From the NCBI GenBank assembly GCA_963740355.1, contig CAVUDW010000002.1, positions 1,440,001-1,504,000 on the forward strand: a stretch of DNA of 64,000 nt. Direction: 5' to 3'. The stretch comes from an uncultured Gemmatimonadaceae bacterium (GTDB lineage: Bacteria > Gemmatimonadota > Gemmatimonadetes > Gemmatimonadales > Gemmatimonadaceae). Under the pieces are notes generated by a model. The model ran no database searches and was not told the origin of the DNA. It saw nothing but the letters and a program-made list of their open reading frames with translations. Of this stretch, positions 1 through 10,069 are shown in pieces. The translations under genes and the position numbers were made by a program. Position 1 is the first letter of the stretch. The number at the start of each line of letters is the position of its first letter.

Positions 1-1106
1 TCGGGACGTCGTACGCCGCCCAGGAAGCAGGTGAGCAACACGTAGCCATCAGGCGCGCGACCGTCGAACAACGTGCTCGAAAAGAGGACGCCCAGTGTGC
101 TGCGACGCTCGGCACTGGGGATCAGGCACCCGAATCCATCCAGCGCATGCGCCACATCGGCGCGTCGATAGCCGAGCGCGAGTGAGGCGACAGCGGGGTA
201 GGGCAGTGTGCCCAGCTGCGCCACTGCACGCTGGGTCGACGGCGGCAACTGGATCGACGCGAAAGCGTGCACCGGCAACGTCGACACCACCGCGTCGGCA
301 CAGAGGGTGACGACGGCGCCATCCTGCTCGATCGTGACCTCGGTGCCGTTGATCGTTTTCGCGATCGCAGTGACACGTGCGCGTCGCAGGATGGTGGTGC
401 TGCCCAGGTCGTCGGCGATCGCCTGCGGCAGGGTGCCCATGCCATCCACGAACGACACCATCGTGGAACGACGGCCGCTGAGCCCCGGCTGTCCACGCGC
501 CACCCGACTCTTGCGAGCGGCAGCGATCCCGCCGCGCACCAGAGAACCATGCTCGCGCTCGAGCGCGGCAAGGCGCGGGAAGGCATGCGCGACGCTCAAG
601 CGCTCGGGATCGCCCGCGTAGACGCCCGACACGAACGGATCGACGGCGTAGGTGAGCGGTTCCGTACCGAGCCGACGCCGCACGAAGGCGGCCACCGATT
701 CATCACCGGCTGCAGTCCGTCGCCCGACGAATGGTTCGGCCAGCAGGCGCAGCTTCGCCCCGACACTGAACAGTGGCGAGCGCAGCATCGAGCCCGGTGA
801 CGACGGTACTTCCAGCGCGCGCCCGTCGCGCACGATGTAACGGCGCTGCGCCTGCGGTGCCGCGGGGCGGAGCAGTGGCGTCAATCCGAGCGCGTCGACG
901 AGGTGCGCGAGCTCGCCGGTGAGCATGCAGGAGTTCGGGCCATGCTCCACCAGGTAGCCGTCGCGCGATGTGCTGCGCATCACGCCACCGACTGCGTCAC
1001 TCGCCTCGACCACCGTGACATCCGCGCCACTGCGGCGCAGGTGCCAGGCGGTGGTGAGTCCGGTCAGACCGGCACCACAGACGATGACATGAGGAACCGA
1101 CCGCAC
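1..1106 (-). CDS. hemY: protoporphyrinogen oxidase, HemY/PgoX type (runs off the window edge)
   Basis: Not in the ORF track. Manual translation from GTG at 1106 gives VRSVPHVIVCGAGLTGLTTAWHLRRSGADVTVVEASDAVGGVMRS...DGYLVEHGPNS, an FAD-binding GxGxxG plus the ExGPNS motif; directly follows hemF. Start uncertain. Confidence 0.85.
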   Translation of the reverse strand, partial: MRSVPHVIVCGAGLTGLTTAWHLRRSGADVTVVEASDAVGGVMRSTSRDGYLVEHGPNSCMLTGELAHLVDALGLTPLLRPAAPQAQRRYIVRDGRALEVPSSPGSMLRSPLFSVGAKLRLLAEPFVGRRTAAGDESVAAFVRRRLGTEPLTYAVDPFVSGVYAGDPERLSVAHAFPRLAALEREHGSLVRGGIAAARKSRVARGQPGLSGRRSTMVSFVDGMGTLPQAIADDLGSTTILRRARVTAIAKTINGTEVTIEQDGAVVTLCADAVVSTLPVHAFASIQLPPSTQRAVAQLGTLPYPAVASLALGYRRADVAHALDGFGCLIPSAERRSTLGVLFSSTLFDGRAPDGYVLLTCFLGGVRRP

Positions 1107-1111
1107 GGCAG

Positions 1112-2104
1112 TCAGTCGGCGAGCCAGTCGCGCGGTGCGAGCATCGCCACCAGTTCGGCTTCGAAGCTGCCCGCCGCCCAGGTGGGCGCATACGGCCACG
1201 CTGCCAGCGGCGGGAGGCTCATCAGCACACTCTCGATACGTGCCGCGGTGTGCAGCCCGAAATGTGTGCCGCGATCGTGCACGAGGTTGAACTCGACGTA
1301 GCGGCCGCGACGCACCAGCTGGAAGTTCCGTTCGCGCTCACCATACGGCGTGTCGCGGCGCTTCTCGACGATCGGGCCGTAGGCCTCGGTCAGGCTGCGC
1401 GCGATCGCGTCGACGAACTGCATCGTCGTCTCGACGTCCATTCCACTTTCGTCTTCACCCGGCCGCATGTGGTCGAAGAAGACGCCGCCGCAGCCGCGTG
1501 CCTCGTTCTCACGATGGGTGTTGCGGAAGTACTCGTCGCACCACGGCTTGAACCGTGTGTGCAGCGACGGATGAAAGCGATCGCAGATGGACGCCAGCGT
1601 GCGATGGAAGTGCTGCACATCTTCGGCGAACGGGTACATCGGGGTGATGTCGGTGCCACCGCCGTACCACGCGTCACGGAGATTCCCGTCGTCGTCGGTG
1701 AGCTCGAAGTAGCGCACGTTCAGGTGCACCGTCGGGATCATCGGGCTGCGCGGATGGAAGACGAGGCTCATGCCGGTGGCGAAGAACTGCGATTCGCCAT
1801 CCGACACACCGCGTCCACCCAACTTTGCGGCAGCGGCCGCGGGAAGGCGACCGTACACCACGCTGCGATTGACACCGCCCTTCTCGAACGTGGCGCCGTC
1901 GGTGAGCACGCGTGAGTGCCCACCGCCACCCTCGGCCCGATCCCAGCGATCCTCGCGGAAATCCGCTCCACGATCGAGCTGTGTGAACAGTGCCGTCACA
2001 TCGTCGTGCACGCCGGCAATCCAGGCGATGGCGCGGGCACGCCGCGCGTCACCGGAATTCGCGTTGTCAGTGGACGCGAGCATCGGGGACGCGGACGACG
2101 TCAT
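1112..2104 (-). CDS. hemF: oxygen-dependent coproporphyrinogen III oxidase
   Basis: FEKGGVN, HPRSPMIPTVHLNVRYF, RRGRYVEFNLVHDRGTHFGL and RIESVLMSLP motifs; ATG at 2104 overlaps the hemE stop (ATGA). Confidence 0.95.
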   Translation of the reverse strand: MTSSASPMLASTDNANSGDARRARAIAWIAGVHDDVTALFTQLDRGADFREDRWDRAEGGGGHSRVLTDGATFEKGGVNRSVVYGRLPAAAAAKLGGRGVSDGESQFFATGMSLVFHPRSPMIPTVHLNVRYFELTDDDGNLRDAWYGGGTDITPMYPFAEDVQHFHRTLASICDRFHPSLHTRFKPWCDEYFRNTHRENEARGCGGVFFDHMRPGEDESGMDVETTMQFVDAIARSLTEAYGPIVEKRRDTPYGERERNFQLVRRGRYVEFNLVHDRGTHFGLHTAARIESVLMSLPPLAAWPYAPTWAAGSFEAELVAMLAPRDWLAD

Positions 2105-3234
2105 GACGCGAGGCGATCCTTGGGACGCTGCACTGGCACCGATGCCTGCGGGGCACGCCACTCACGCACGGTGTCGATGAACGCCTTCGCATTCTGCACC
2201 GGGATGTCCGGCAGGATGCCATGGCCGAGATTCGCGATGTGGCCGCGGCCACCGAACTCCTCGAGCATGCGCAGCGTACGGGCTCGGATGGTGCTCGGCG
2301 GCGCATACAGCAGGCAGGGATCGAGGTTGCCCTGCAGTGCGACCGGCAGGTGCTCCATGCGCTTCTTCGCCTCGGCGGCACTGATCTGCCAGTCGACGCC
2401 GATGACATCCGCCATAGTGGCCTGCGCCAGCTCTTCCATCGCCCAGCCAGCGCCGGGTGCGAACACGATCAACGGCACACCGGCGGTGCGTGCGATCGAT
2501 GCCACGCGCGCCAGGTACGGCAGCGCAAACTGACGGAACTCGTGCGGCGCGAGTGCGCCGGCCCAGCTCTCGAAGATCTGCAACGCCTGCGCGCCAGCTG
2601 CTGCCTGCGCGACGAGGAAGTTGCCGACTGCGGTCGCGAGCTTGTTGAGCAGCGCGTGTGCGTCCTGCGGTGCTTCGTACAACATGCGCTTGGCGACGGC
2701 GAACTGCTTCGTCCCCTTGCCCTCGACCATGTACGCCGCGAGGGTCCACGGGCCGCCGGCAAAGCCGATCAGCGGCACACGACCATCGAGTTCGCGACGC
2801 GTCATGCGGACGGCATCCAGCATGTAGCCGAGGCCCTCTTCCGGCACCACCGGATTCAGGCGCGCGATCGCATCGCCATTGCGCAGCGGGGACGAGAATA
2901 CTGGTCCGACGCCTTCATCGACCGTCAGGTCCATGCCCATCGCCTGCGGCACCACCAGGATGTCGCTGAAGATGATGGCCGCATCGACGCCCATGATGTC
3001 GACCGGCTGCAGCGTCACTTCGGTCGCGAGTTCCGGGTTCCGGCACATCTCGAGGAATCCACCCGACTTCGCACGCACCGCGCGGTACTCGGGCAGGTAA
3101 CGTCCGGCCTGGCGCATCATCCACACCGGCGGGCGTTCCACGATCTCACGGCGGCAGGCACGCAGGAACAGGTCGCTGCGGCGCGTCGTCGACGGCGCCT
3201 CGGCGAGCGCAATCGGGGTCGTCTTGATCGTCAT
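2101..3234 (-). CDS. hemE: uroporphyrinogen decarboxylase
   Basis: PVWMMRQAGRYLPEY, AAIIFSDIL, LIGFAGGPWT, QGNLDP and NLGHG motifs. Confidence 0.96.
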   Translation of the reverse strand: MTIKTTPIALAEAPSTTRRSDLFLRACRREIVERPPVWMMRQAGRYLPEYRAVRAKSGGFLEMCRNPELATEVTLQPVDIMGVDAAIIFSDILVVPQAMGMDLTVDEGVGPVFSSPLRNGDAIARLNPVVPEEGLGYMLDAVRMTRRELDGRVPLIGFAGGPWTLAAYMVEGKGTKQFAVAKRMLYEAPQDAHALLNKLATAVGNFLVAQAAAGAQALQIFESWAGALAPHEFRQFALPYLARVASIARTAGVPLIVFAPGAGWAMEELAQATMADVIGVDWQISAAEAKKRMEHLPVALQGNLDPCLLYAPPSTIRARTLRMLEEFGGRGHIANLGHGILPDIPVQNAKAFIDTVREWRAPQASVPVQRPKDRLAS

Positions 3235-3244
3235 TGGCGCTGGT

Positions 3245-4576
3245 TCAGGAGTTCGGTGGTACGAAAGCCGACGCTCCGTCGCGCGTCATCGGCATCGCTG
3301 AGAAATCGGACGGCACTCCGCGACGCGGGGTGCTGGCGAACAGCTGATCGAGGTGCACCGCGAGGTCGTCCACGTTTTCACCGCGTGCGATCGCATCGCT
3401 GAACACATTCATCGGGCGGGCGAGCAGCTTGGCCACGATCCGCTCTGCGGTGCGCTCGGCCACGTTGTCGCCGGCCACGAAGGCCACTTCGCGACGGCAA
3501 AGGTCCACCAGCGCGTCGTGAAGCGACCGAATCGCAAGCCGTGCCGCGCCGGTCGCCAGCCAATGCCGCAACCAGCGCATTTCATGGTCGACGATGCGTT
3601 CGGCATCTGGCACGGCCGAGAGCCGCGCCGCTTCGGCGGCCACGATCGGCTGGTGCAGCGAATCGAGGTCGACGAGCGTGATGCCGGGCATTGCCGTGAC
3701 ACGCGGGTCCACGTTGCGTGGCATCGCGAGATCGAGCAGCAGCAGGGGGGCGTGATCGTAGCCCACGTTCACCCGTGCCGTATGCAGCTGGTCGGCGATG
3801 AGTGTGTGTGTCGCGGCACCCGTTGCAATGATCACGACATCGGCGAAGGCCGCCTCGACGTGCATCGTGTCCATCGGCGCCACGCGGCCGCGCAGGCTCT
3901 CGGCCAACTCCTGTGCGCGTTCGATGGTGCGGTTCATGAGCACGATGTCCACCGCGCCGAGCTTGGCCAGCTGGCGTGCGGCGCGCGTGCCGGTCTTGCC
4001 GCAGCCGATGATCAGGCAGCGGGCATGCTGCAGTGACCCGAAACGGTGCAGCGCGACGCTGGCGGCTTCGGCACCGATCGAATTGCGACCGGTGGAGAGA
4101 TTCGTGTCCGACTGCACGCGACGACCTGTGCGCAGCGCAATCTCGAACAACCGGTGCAGCATCGGCCCGACGGTGTTCATCTCGCAGGCCGTGCGATACG
4201 ACGAGCGCACCTGGCCGAGGATCTGTCCATCGCCAAGGATCTGGCTTTCGAGGCCCGCGGCGAGGCGGAGCAGGTGACGGCCCACTTCATCGCCGATGCG
4301 GATGTTGAGCGACTTGAGGAGCGCCTGACGTTCAGTCGGATGTGGCATCCAGACGGAGGTCAGGTGGTCCACCGCCGTCTCGAGCGCCGCCTGGCCGCTC
4401 GATTCAGTCCAGACGTACAACTCGGTGCGATTGCAGGTCGAGACGAGTGCGAGTTCGCACACGCCGCCACCGAGCAGCGCGCCGTACATCTCGCCCAGTC
4501 GCTGCTCGGCAACGTGAAAACGTTCCCGCGTGGCAACGTCCGCGCTGCGATAGTCGACAGCCAGGCAGATCAGCAT
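3245..4576 (-). CDS. hemA: glutamyl-tRNA reductase (C5 pathway of ALA synthesis)
   Basis: STCNRTE catalytic Cys motif, GLESQILGDGQILGQV, Rossmann IGCGKTG, DLAMPRNVD. Confidence 0.93.
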   Translation of the reverse strand: MLICLAVDYRSADVATRERFHVAEQRLGEMYGALLGGGVCELALVSTCNRTELYVWTESSGQAALETAVDHLTSVWMPHPTERQALLKSLNIRIGDEVGRHLLRLAAGLESQILGDGQILGQVRSSYRTACEMNTVGPMLHRLFEIALRTGRRVQSDTNLSTGRNSIGAEAASVALHRFGSLQHARCLIIGCGKTGTRAARQLAKLGAVDIVLMNRTIERAQELAESLRGRVAPMDTMHVEAAFADVVIIATGAATHTLIADQLHTARVNVGYDHAPLLLLDLAMPRNVDPRVTAMPGITLVDLDSLHQPIVAAEAARLSAVPDAERIVDHEMRWLRHWLATGAARLAIRSLHDALVDLCRREVAFVAGDNVAERTAERIVAKLLARPMNVFSDAIARGENVDDLAVHLDQLFASTPRRGVPSDFSAMPMTRDGASAFVPPNS

Positions 4577-4580
4577 GCGT

Positions 4581-5069
4581 TCACCGGTGTGCGAAGGGAG
4601 CGTTGCGTCGTATGATGGCGATGTTCAGCACGGTGGCGAACATCACCCAGAGCAGGTACGGCACAAACGCCCACGCCGCGCGCTTGTCCAGCGGCGCGAC
4701 AGTCACAGTCAGCAGCACGATGCTGCCGAAGAAGGGCACGATCTCGATCAGGGCCAGATCCGGCCGACGTCGACCGAAGAACAGAAAGCTCCACAGCGTG
4801 TTCAGCCCACCGTTGAGCGCGAACAGCCCGAACAAGCGTGCCTTCTCGCCCGTCGTTGCCAGCTGTTCCCACGACACCACGAAGGCGAATCCCATGCAGA
4901 GAAAAATCGTCGTCCACGCCGGACCGAAGAGCCAGTCCGGCGGCTGCCAGCTCGGCTTCGACAACCCGTAGTACCACGGGCCGAGTTGTGTCACGAGTGC
5001 GCCACCGGCGGCTGTGACCACCAGCCCACCCGCGGCGAGCGCAATCGCCGTGACCGAATACCCGAGCAT
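4581..5069 (-). CDS. tspO: TspO/CrtK tryptophan-rich sensory protein
   Basis: WYYGLSKPSWQPPDWLFGPAWT, LNTLWSFLFFG and PYLLWVMFATVLN; ATG at 5069 overlaps the bchP stop (TGATG). Confidence 0.92.
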   Translation of the reverse strand: MLGYSVTAIALAAGGLVVTAAGGALVTQLGPWYYGLSKPSWQPPDWLFGPAWTTIFLCMGFAFVVSWEQLATTGEKARLFGLFALNGGLNTLWSFLFFGRRRPDLALIEIVPFFGSIVLLTVTVAPLDKRAAWAFVPYLLWVMFATVLNIAIIRRNAPFAHR

Positions 5070-6262
5070 CAAGCAACCGGCGCCAAGCCTGTCAAATGTC
5101 CGATGTTCTTGAAGAAGATGCGCGCGTGTGCGAGCGGCTTCCCACGTACCAGCTTTTTCCGCATGTAGGCATCGAACGTCAGCTTCTGGATGTCTTCGTC
5201 GCGACACATCGTCACGAACCGTTCGCGACGGTTGTCGGTCGTGTACCAGAAGTTCTGCATCACATCGAGGACCTTGAATACCTGGCCGTGCTCCCAGAGG
5301 AAGCGGCGCCTGGCGGCGCGCAGCTTGCTCGACTTCCCGGTGCGAATCGCATCGGCAACGGCATCAGCAGTGAATCGGCCACAGGTCATTGCGTAGAAGA
5401 TGCCCTCACCTGACGCCGGCGCTACCACCCCGGCCGCATCTCCGCAAACTGAGACGTCTTTCCCGTTCTCCCACCACTTGAGCGGGCGGAGGGGAATTGG
5501 GGCGCCCTCCCTGCGGATCGTCTCACATCCGGCCAGCCCGGTCTCCTCCCGAAGGCGGGCCACGGCGGCCCGCATGTCGAAGCCCTGCTGGAACGTCCCG
5601 GTCCCGATGCTGGTCACGTCGCCGTGGGGGAAGACCCAGGCGTAGAAGTCGGGGGAGTACTTGCCGTCATAGTAGATGTCAGCGCGCCGGGCCTGAAAAT
5701 CGTCGGTTTCGACGCTCGGCGACTTCACGATCTCGTGGTAGGCCGTCACACGGTTGCCGCCGGCATACGCGATCGGGATGGCCTGACGCGCCACGCCACT
5801 GAGCGCGCCGTCGGCGCCGATCAGGTGCCGGGCCTTGATCGTCTCCAGCACACCCGAGCGGGAGTTGCCCGCTGCGTAGTGAATCAGGAGCCGATTGTCG
5901 GTGTCGTAGCTGAAATGATCGAAGAAGCCGGTGATCCGATCGGCGCCGTTCGAGCGGGCGCGTTCGCGCAGCCATTCGTCGAACGTGCCGCGGTCCACCA
6001 TCCCGACGTAGCCCTTGCCGACCGGGATGTCGACCTTCTGCCGGTGCGGCGAGACCATACGTGCGGTCCCGACACGGGCCACCAGCAGTTCGTCAGGGAT
6101 GTCGAAATCGACCATCGCCTGCGGGGGGACGGCGCCGCCACACGGCTTCACACGCCCCGCCTTGTCCATCAACGCAACCGAGAAGCCTTGCGTCGCCAGG
6201 TCATTCGCTGCCGTCGCGCCCGACGGTCCACCGCCAATCACCACCACGTCGTACATCTTCAT
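5069..6262 (-). CDS. bchP: geranylgeranyl-bacteriochlorophyll reductase
   Basis: GGGPSGATAA, KPCGGAVP, SPDFYAWVFPHG and GDAAGVVAPASGEGIFYAM; start taken at MKMYDVVV. Confidence 0.95.
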   Translation of the reverse strand: MKMYDVVVIGGGPSGATAANDLATQGFSVALMDKAGRVKPCGGAVPPQAMVDFDIPDELLVARVGTARMVSPHRQKVDIPVGKGYVGMVDRGTFDEWLRERARSNGADRITGFFDHFSYDTDNRLLIHYAAGNSRSGVLETIKARHLIGADGALSGVARQAIPIAYAGGNRVTAYHEIVKSPSVETDDFQARRADIYYDGKYSPDFYAWVFPHGDVTSIGTGTFQQGFDMRAAVARLREETGLAGCETIRREGAPIPLRPLKWWENGKDVSVCGDAAGVVAPASGEGIFYAMTCGRFTADAVADAIRTGKSSKLRAARRRFLWEHGQVFKVLDVMQNFWYTTDNRRERFVTMCRDEDIQKLTFDAYMRKKLVRGKPLAHARIFFKNIGHLTGLAPVA

Positions 6263-6327
6263 TGCGGCTCCCCAGATCCCTGGTGCTGCAGGTTCTCGCA
6301 CGGTTCGGTGGTCATGTGAGCCATGAC

Positions 6328-7662
6328 TCAGCCTGCCGCTGCGAGGAGTGATTCAGTCGACTGCGCGCGGCCAGCCTGCTTGGCCGCCGAGGCGAGGACG
6401 GCGGCGCCGACGAACAACGCCGCTTCCATCGCGAACACGCTTCCATATCCAAGGCGATCGGAGTCGAACACGGCGCGCATGACGTCGCTCGCACCCGCGC
6501 CGAGTAGTCCACCGGCTGCCATCGCGATGGCCTGCGAGGCGCCAAAGACGCCCATCCGCACGCCAGTCTGCGATTGGTCGGCTGCCGTCGACAGCGACAT
6601 CATCGAGCCGATCGCACCGATCGCGAACGCTCCATTCGCCACGCCCAGCGCGAACAAGGCGCCTTTCAACATCAGCAGGCTGTCGAGCACCGGCGCCGCC
6701 GCAATGGCCAGCAGCGCGAAGGCCGACGCCACGCAGCCCCACCGTGCCCACCCCGCCAGGGTCCCGACGCGCGTCGACAGCATCGCGGTCAACAGCATGC
6801 CGAGCAGCGAGCCGCCCTGATGCAATCCACTGATGCCCGTCGACTGCGCGGGCGTGAGGTTGAACACCGAGCCGGCAAAGGGCTCGAGAATCAGGTCCTG
6901 CGTGCTGTACGCCAGCATCGACAGGCCAACGAAGAACGAGAAGCGACGTGCGATCGGATCGGACCAGACCACGCGCAGCGCCTCGACGAATGGCATCGCA
7001 GCCGCGCGTGCCTTGACTGCGGCGCTGCGTGGTGCGTCCAGCCCGACCAGTGCGAGCGCCGTCAGTGCGACGCAGGCTCCACCGATGATCATGGTGGCGC
7101 GCACCAGCGTCGGAAACGAGAACGGATCGAGCAGCTTGCGCGCGACCACCGTGCAGAGAATGAAGCCGGCGATCATGCAAAGCCAGACAGTCGCAGCTGC
7201 GCGGGCATGCCGCGCTGGCTCGACACGCAATGAGAGCAGCGTGAGGAGCAATGTCCCGGCCGTGCTGACACCCAGTCCCACCAGGATGAAGGCAACGATC
7301 ATCAGCGGATAACCGATCATCGGGGCCGACTTCAACGACGGGAGCAGCACCGAAATCGCGATCACACCGGTGGCCAGCATCACCATGCCGAGCACGATCC
7401 ATCGCGTCAGGCGCCCATGCTGGTCGGCGAAATGCCCCATGCGCGGGCGCAACCAGAGCTGTACGCCGTAGTGCAACGCCACCAGCGCACCCGGTACCAT
7501 CGCCGGCAACGCCAACTCCACCACCATCAGCCGGTTGATCGTCGCAGTGATCAGCACGATCAGGGCACCGAGACAGGCCTGGACGACGCCGAGACGCAAC
7601 ACCGAGCCGAATCCAAACGACGAGGACGCAGGCGTCGGCATGGCGATCGCGGCGCTGCTCAT
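6328..7662 (-). CDS. PucC/BCD-family MFS protein (bch2 position between bchG and bchP)
   Basis: Multi-TM protein with LRLGVVQACLG, INRLMVVEL and QDLILEPFAG motifs; ATG at 7662 overlaps the bchG stop. Confidence 0.9.
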   Translation of the reverse strand: MSSAAIAMPTPASSSFGFGSVLRLGVVQACLGALIVLITATINRLMVVELALPAMVPGALVALHYGVQLWLRPRMGHFADQHGRLTRWIVLGMVMLATGVIAISVLLPSLKSAPMIGYPLMIVAFILVGLGVSTAGTLLLTLLSLRVEPARHARAAATVWLCMIAGFILCTVVARKLLDPFSFPTLVRATMIIGGACVALTALALVGLDAPRSAAVKARAAAMPFVEALRVVWSDPIARRFSFFVGLSMLAYSTQDLILEPFAGSVFNLTPAQSTGISGLHQGGSLLGMLLTAMLSTRVGTLAGWARWGCVASAFALLAIAAAPVLDSLLMLKGALFALGVANGAFAIGAIGSMMSLSTAADQSQTGVRMGVFGASQAIAMAAGGLLGAGASDVMRAVFDSDRLGYGSVFAMEAALFVGAAVLASAAKQAGRAQSTESLLAAAG

Positions 7663-8588
7663 GCGGCACCGCCCAGGCTGCGCACTGCGTGTGCGCACAC
7701 CATCATGCCGAGCACGGAGAACGGCACACCGAATCCGCTGTACCACAACGCCTTCTTCACCGGGTCACGGAGGAACGTCGGCAGCAACAGCTGCTGGATG
7801 GTGATCAACACCAGCAAGGCGACCGCATGCGCTGGGCGCTGCCAGGCGAAGAGCAACAAGCCAAACGCAATCACCTGCGGAAGCACGATGACGATGCCAG
7901 CCAGTCGTGCGGCGCGGTCGGGGCCGAGTTGCACTGGCAGCGACCAGACACCGAGTTGCCGATCACCCTCGATTGCCTTGAAGTCGTTGAGCGTCATGAT
8001 GCCGTGGGCACCAACGCTGTAGAGCAAGGCGAGCGTGACGACGCGGATGTTCGGCCAGGTGCCGAGCATGACGACGGCGCCGGTGATCCACGCCAGTCCT
8101 TCATAGGTGAGGCCGACTGCGGCATTGCCGAACCAGCCGTCTGCCTTGAGGCGCAGCGGCGGCGCGCTGTAGGCCCATGACAGTGCCACGGCGATGCAGG
8201 TGGCAATCAATCCGGCCTGACCGAAGGCCGCGCCCACGGCGATCGTCGCAGCGCTCCAGAGGATCGCGATGATCAGGCCCCACGCGCCGGGAATGCGGCC
8301 GGACGGAATGGGGCGCTGCGGTTCATTGATGGCGTCGACATGGCGATCGAACCAGTCGTTCACCGCCTGGCTGCCGGCGCAGGAGAGCGGGCCGGTGAGC
8401 GCGATGCCCAGCGCGAACAATCACCAGCGGCCCTCCATGCTGACTCCGGCACTGACCACCCCGCAGGCGAATGCCCACATCGGGGGGAACCAGGTAACCG
8501 GCTTCAGCAACTCGAGCACGGCACCGGGGCTTGGGAAGCGCCGGTCGTGCGAGTGTAAACGAGGGCTGACGGATTCCAGTGTCAACAT
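7659..8588 (-). pseudogene. bchG: bacteriochlorophyll synthase with an in-frame TGA at codon 56 (8421-8423)
   Basis: One frame from ATG 8588 reads ...ELLKPVTWFPPMWAFACGVVSAGVSMEGRW*LFALGIALTGPL...VNDWFDRHVDAINEPQRPIPSGR...YSAPPLRLK...LNDFKAIEGD. The rest is intact, so this may be a sequencing error or readthrough. Confidence 0.85.
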
Positions 8589-8597
8589 TTCCTGACA
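8554..8597. promoter_or_regulatory. tandem PpsR/CrtJ operator at the bchG start
   Basis: TGTCAACATTTCCTGACA (8580-8597, perfect TGT-N12-ACA) and TGTAAACGAGGGCTGACG (8554-8571, one mismatch), 8 bp apart. Confidence 0.8.
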
Positions 8598-8644
8598 GTG
8601 CGGCGAAAAACGACGGTCCGCAAGGTGCCAGACGGGTACAGCGG

Positions 8645-10069
8645 TTACTCGGGTGTGGAGAGGGCGTTGTCCGGGCTATCCAGCAGCCGGTGACGCCGCA
8701 ATTTGACGTAGAGACTCTGCCGGCTCACGCCCAGCACTTCGGCGGCGGAGGTGCGGTTGTCGTCGGTCAATTCCAGGGCCGCTTCGATGAAGTGGCGCTC
8801 GACCAGGTCGGTCGTGTCGCGCACCAGTTCCCGAAGCGAGACTCGACCCACCAGCGAGGTCAACTGTTCCACCGCGCGCGTCAGGTCGCGCGCGCCCTGT
8901 GGGCCGGCTGCCAAGCGGCGGCCAACATCGCGCAGCATGAAGCCGATGGCTGGGTGATCGGAGTCCGGCAGCCATGCCGCCGACACCTCGACCTCGGTCG
9001 CCAGGCCATGAACGCCGCGCGCAGATGTCAACGCCAAGCGGACTGCGCCATTGCGCTTCAGCATCGTCAGGAAGACATCGAAGTCCGCCCCTGGCCGACC
9101 GATCCAGGCGCTGATGTCCTCGCCTCGCACCTGCTCATCCGATGCCAACTGCACCAGGTCGAGGAAGGCGCGGTTGGCATACGTCACCGAGCCGGAGATA
9201 TCCGTGATCACGAACGCGTCCGGCGATTGCTCCAGCAGGGCCGCAATCCGGCTCCGCTCGCCGCCGTCGCCGAGATGCCGTTCGCCTTCGACAGGTGAAA
9301 ATCGAATCAACAGCAAGGTGCTGCTGTCCTGCCGGAACGTGGAGGCGCTGACGCTGTATGGCACAGCACCTCGGGCGAGATGCACCCGGACATCGCTGCT
9401 CTTGCCGACCGCCCGCGCGTTCGCCACCGCATCACCAACGGCCCGCAAATCCTCCGCGGCAATGCCGAAGGGAAAGCTGCGTCCCGTCAGTTTTTCCGGT
9501 GCTTCGCCAAAGAGCTTCCCCGCCGAGGCGTTCGCATCCATGACCTTCATCGTCGCACTGTCGACGACGAGAATGGTTTCCGCCGCGAGCTGGAAGAGCA
9601 GGCGATAGCGCGTCTCGACGTGCCGCAGGCGCCAGTAGTCGCGTTCCATCGCCTGCTGCGCCTCGACCAATCGCTGCTGCAGCGCCGAGACGGTGCGCAT
9701 GTCCCGGCCGGCCGCCACGAAAGCTCCGTCTCGGCCAACCCGCATCACGGTGTAGGATACCGGCAGGTCGTTCCCGCCGGGCAGCACATGGTTCACCTGG
9801 CGCCGTCGTCCGGAGGACTTGCTCCCCGCATCACGCAGCAGTGCTTCGACCTTGCCGCGGGTCTCCGTCGTGACCGTCTGTGCCCAATGCTGGCCAACCC
9901 ACTTGTCGATGCCCGCGTCGCGCAGTTCCGCGTCGGTCGCGACCACGGCGCGGACGACGCCCGTACGGTCGACGATCACCGCCAGATCGCCCGTGTTCGC
10001 GACCAGGTCGGCCGCGAGCTGTGGGTCGAGATCCGCGAGGCCACCGTCGACGGCGCGGGAAGAACTCAC
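8645..10069 (-). CDS. ppsR: photosynthesis repressor PpsR/CrtJ
   Basis: PAS domains, Q-linker LQQRLVEAQQAMERDY, and C-terminal Fis-type HTH IEAALELTDDNRTSAAEVLGVSRQSLYVKLRR. Confidence 0.95.
   Translation of the reverse strand: MSSSRAVDGGLADLDPQLAADLVANTGDLAVIVDRTGVVRAVVATDAELRDAGIDKWVGQHWAQTVTTETRGKVEALLRDAGSKSSGRRRQVNHVLPGGNDLPVSYTVMRVGRDGAFVAAGRDMRTVSALQQRLVEAQQAMERDYWRLRHVETRYRLLFQLAAETILVVDSATMKVMDANASAGKLFGEAPEKLTGRSFPFGIAAEDLRAVGDAVANARAVGKSSDVRVHLARGAVPYSVSASTFRQDSSTLLLIRFSPVEGERHLGDGGERSRIAALLEQSPDAFVITDISGSVTYANRAFLDLVQLASDEQVRGEDISAWIGRPGADFDVFLTMLKRNGAVRLALTSARGVHGLATEVEVSAAWLPDSDHPAIGFMLRDVGRRLAAGPQGARDLTRAVEQLTSLVGRVSLRELVRDTTDLVERHFIEAALELTDDNRTSAAEVLGVSRQSLYVKLRRHRLLDSPDNALSTPE

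Noticed and set aside
3245..4576. ALA synthase, the usual PGC hemA
   Set aside because: Motifs (TCNRTE, QILGQV, Rossmann fold) are those of glutamyl-tRNA reductase.
8421..8423. Selenocysteine or reassigned TGA in bchG
   Set aside because: The position is not a known catalytic Cys, and TGA terminates many neighbouring genes.
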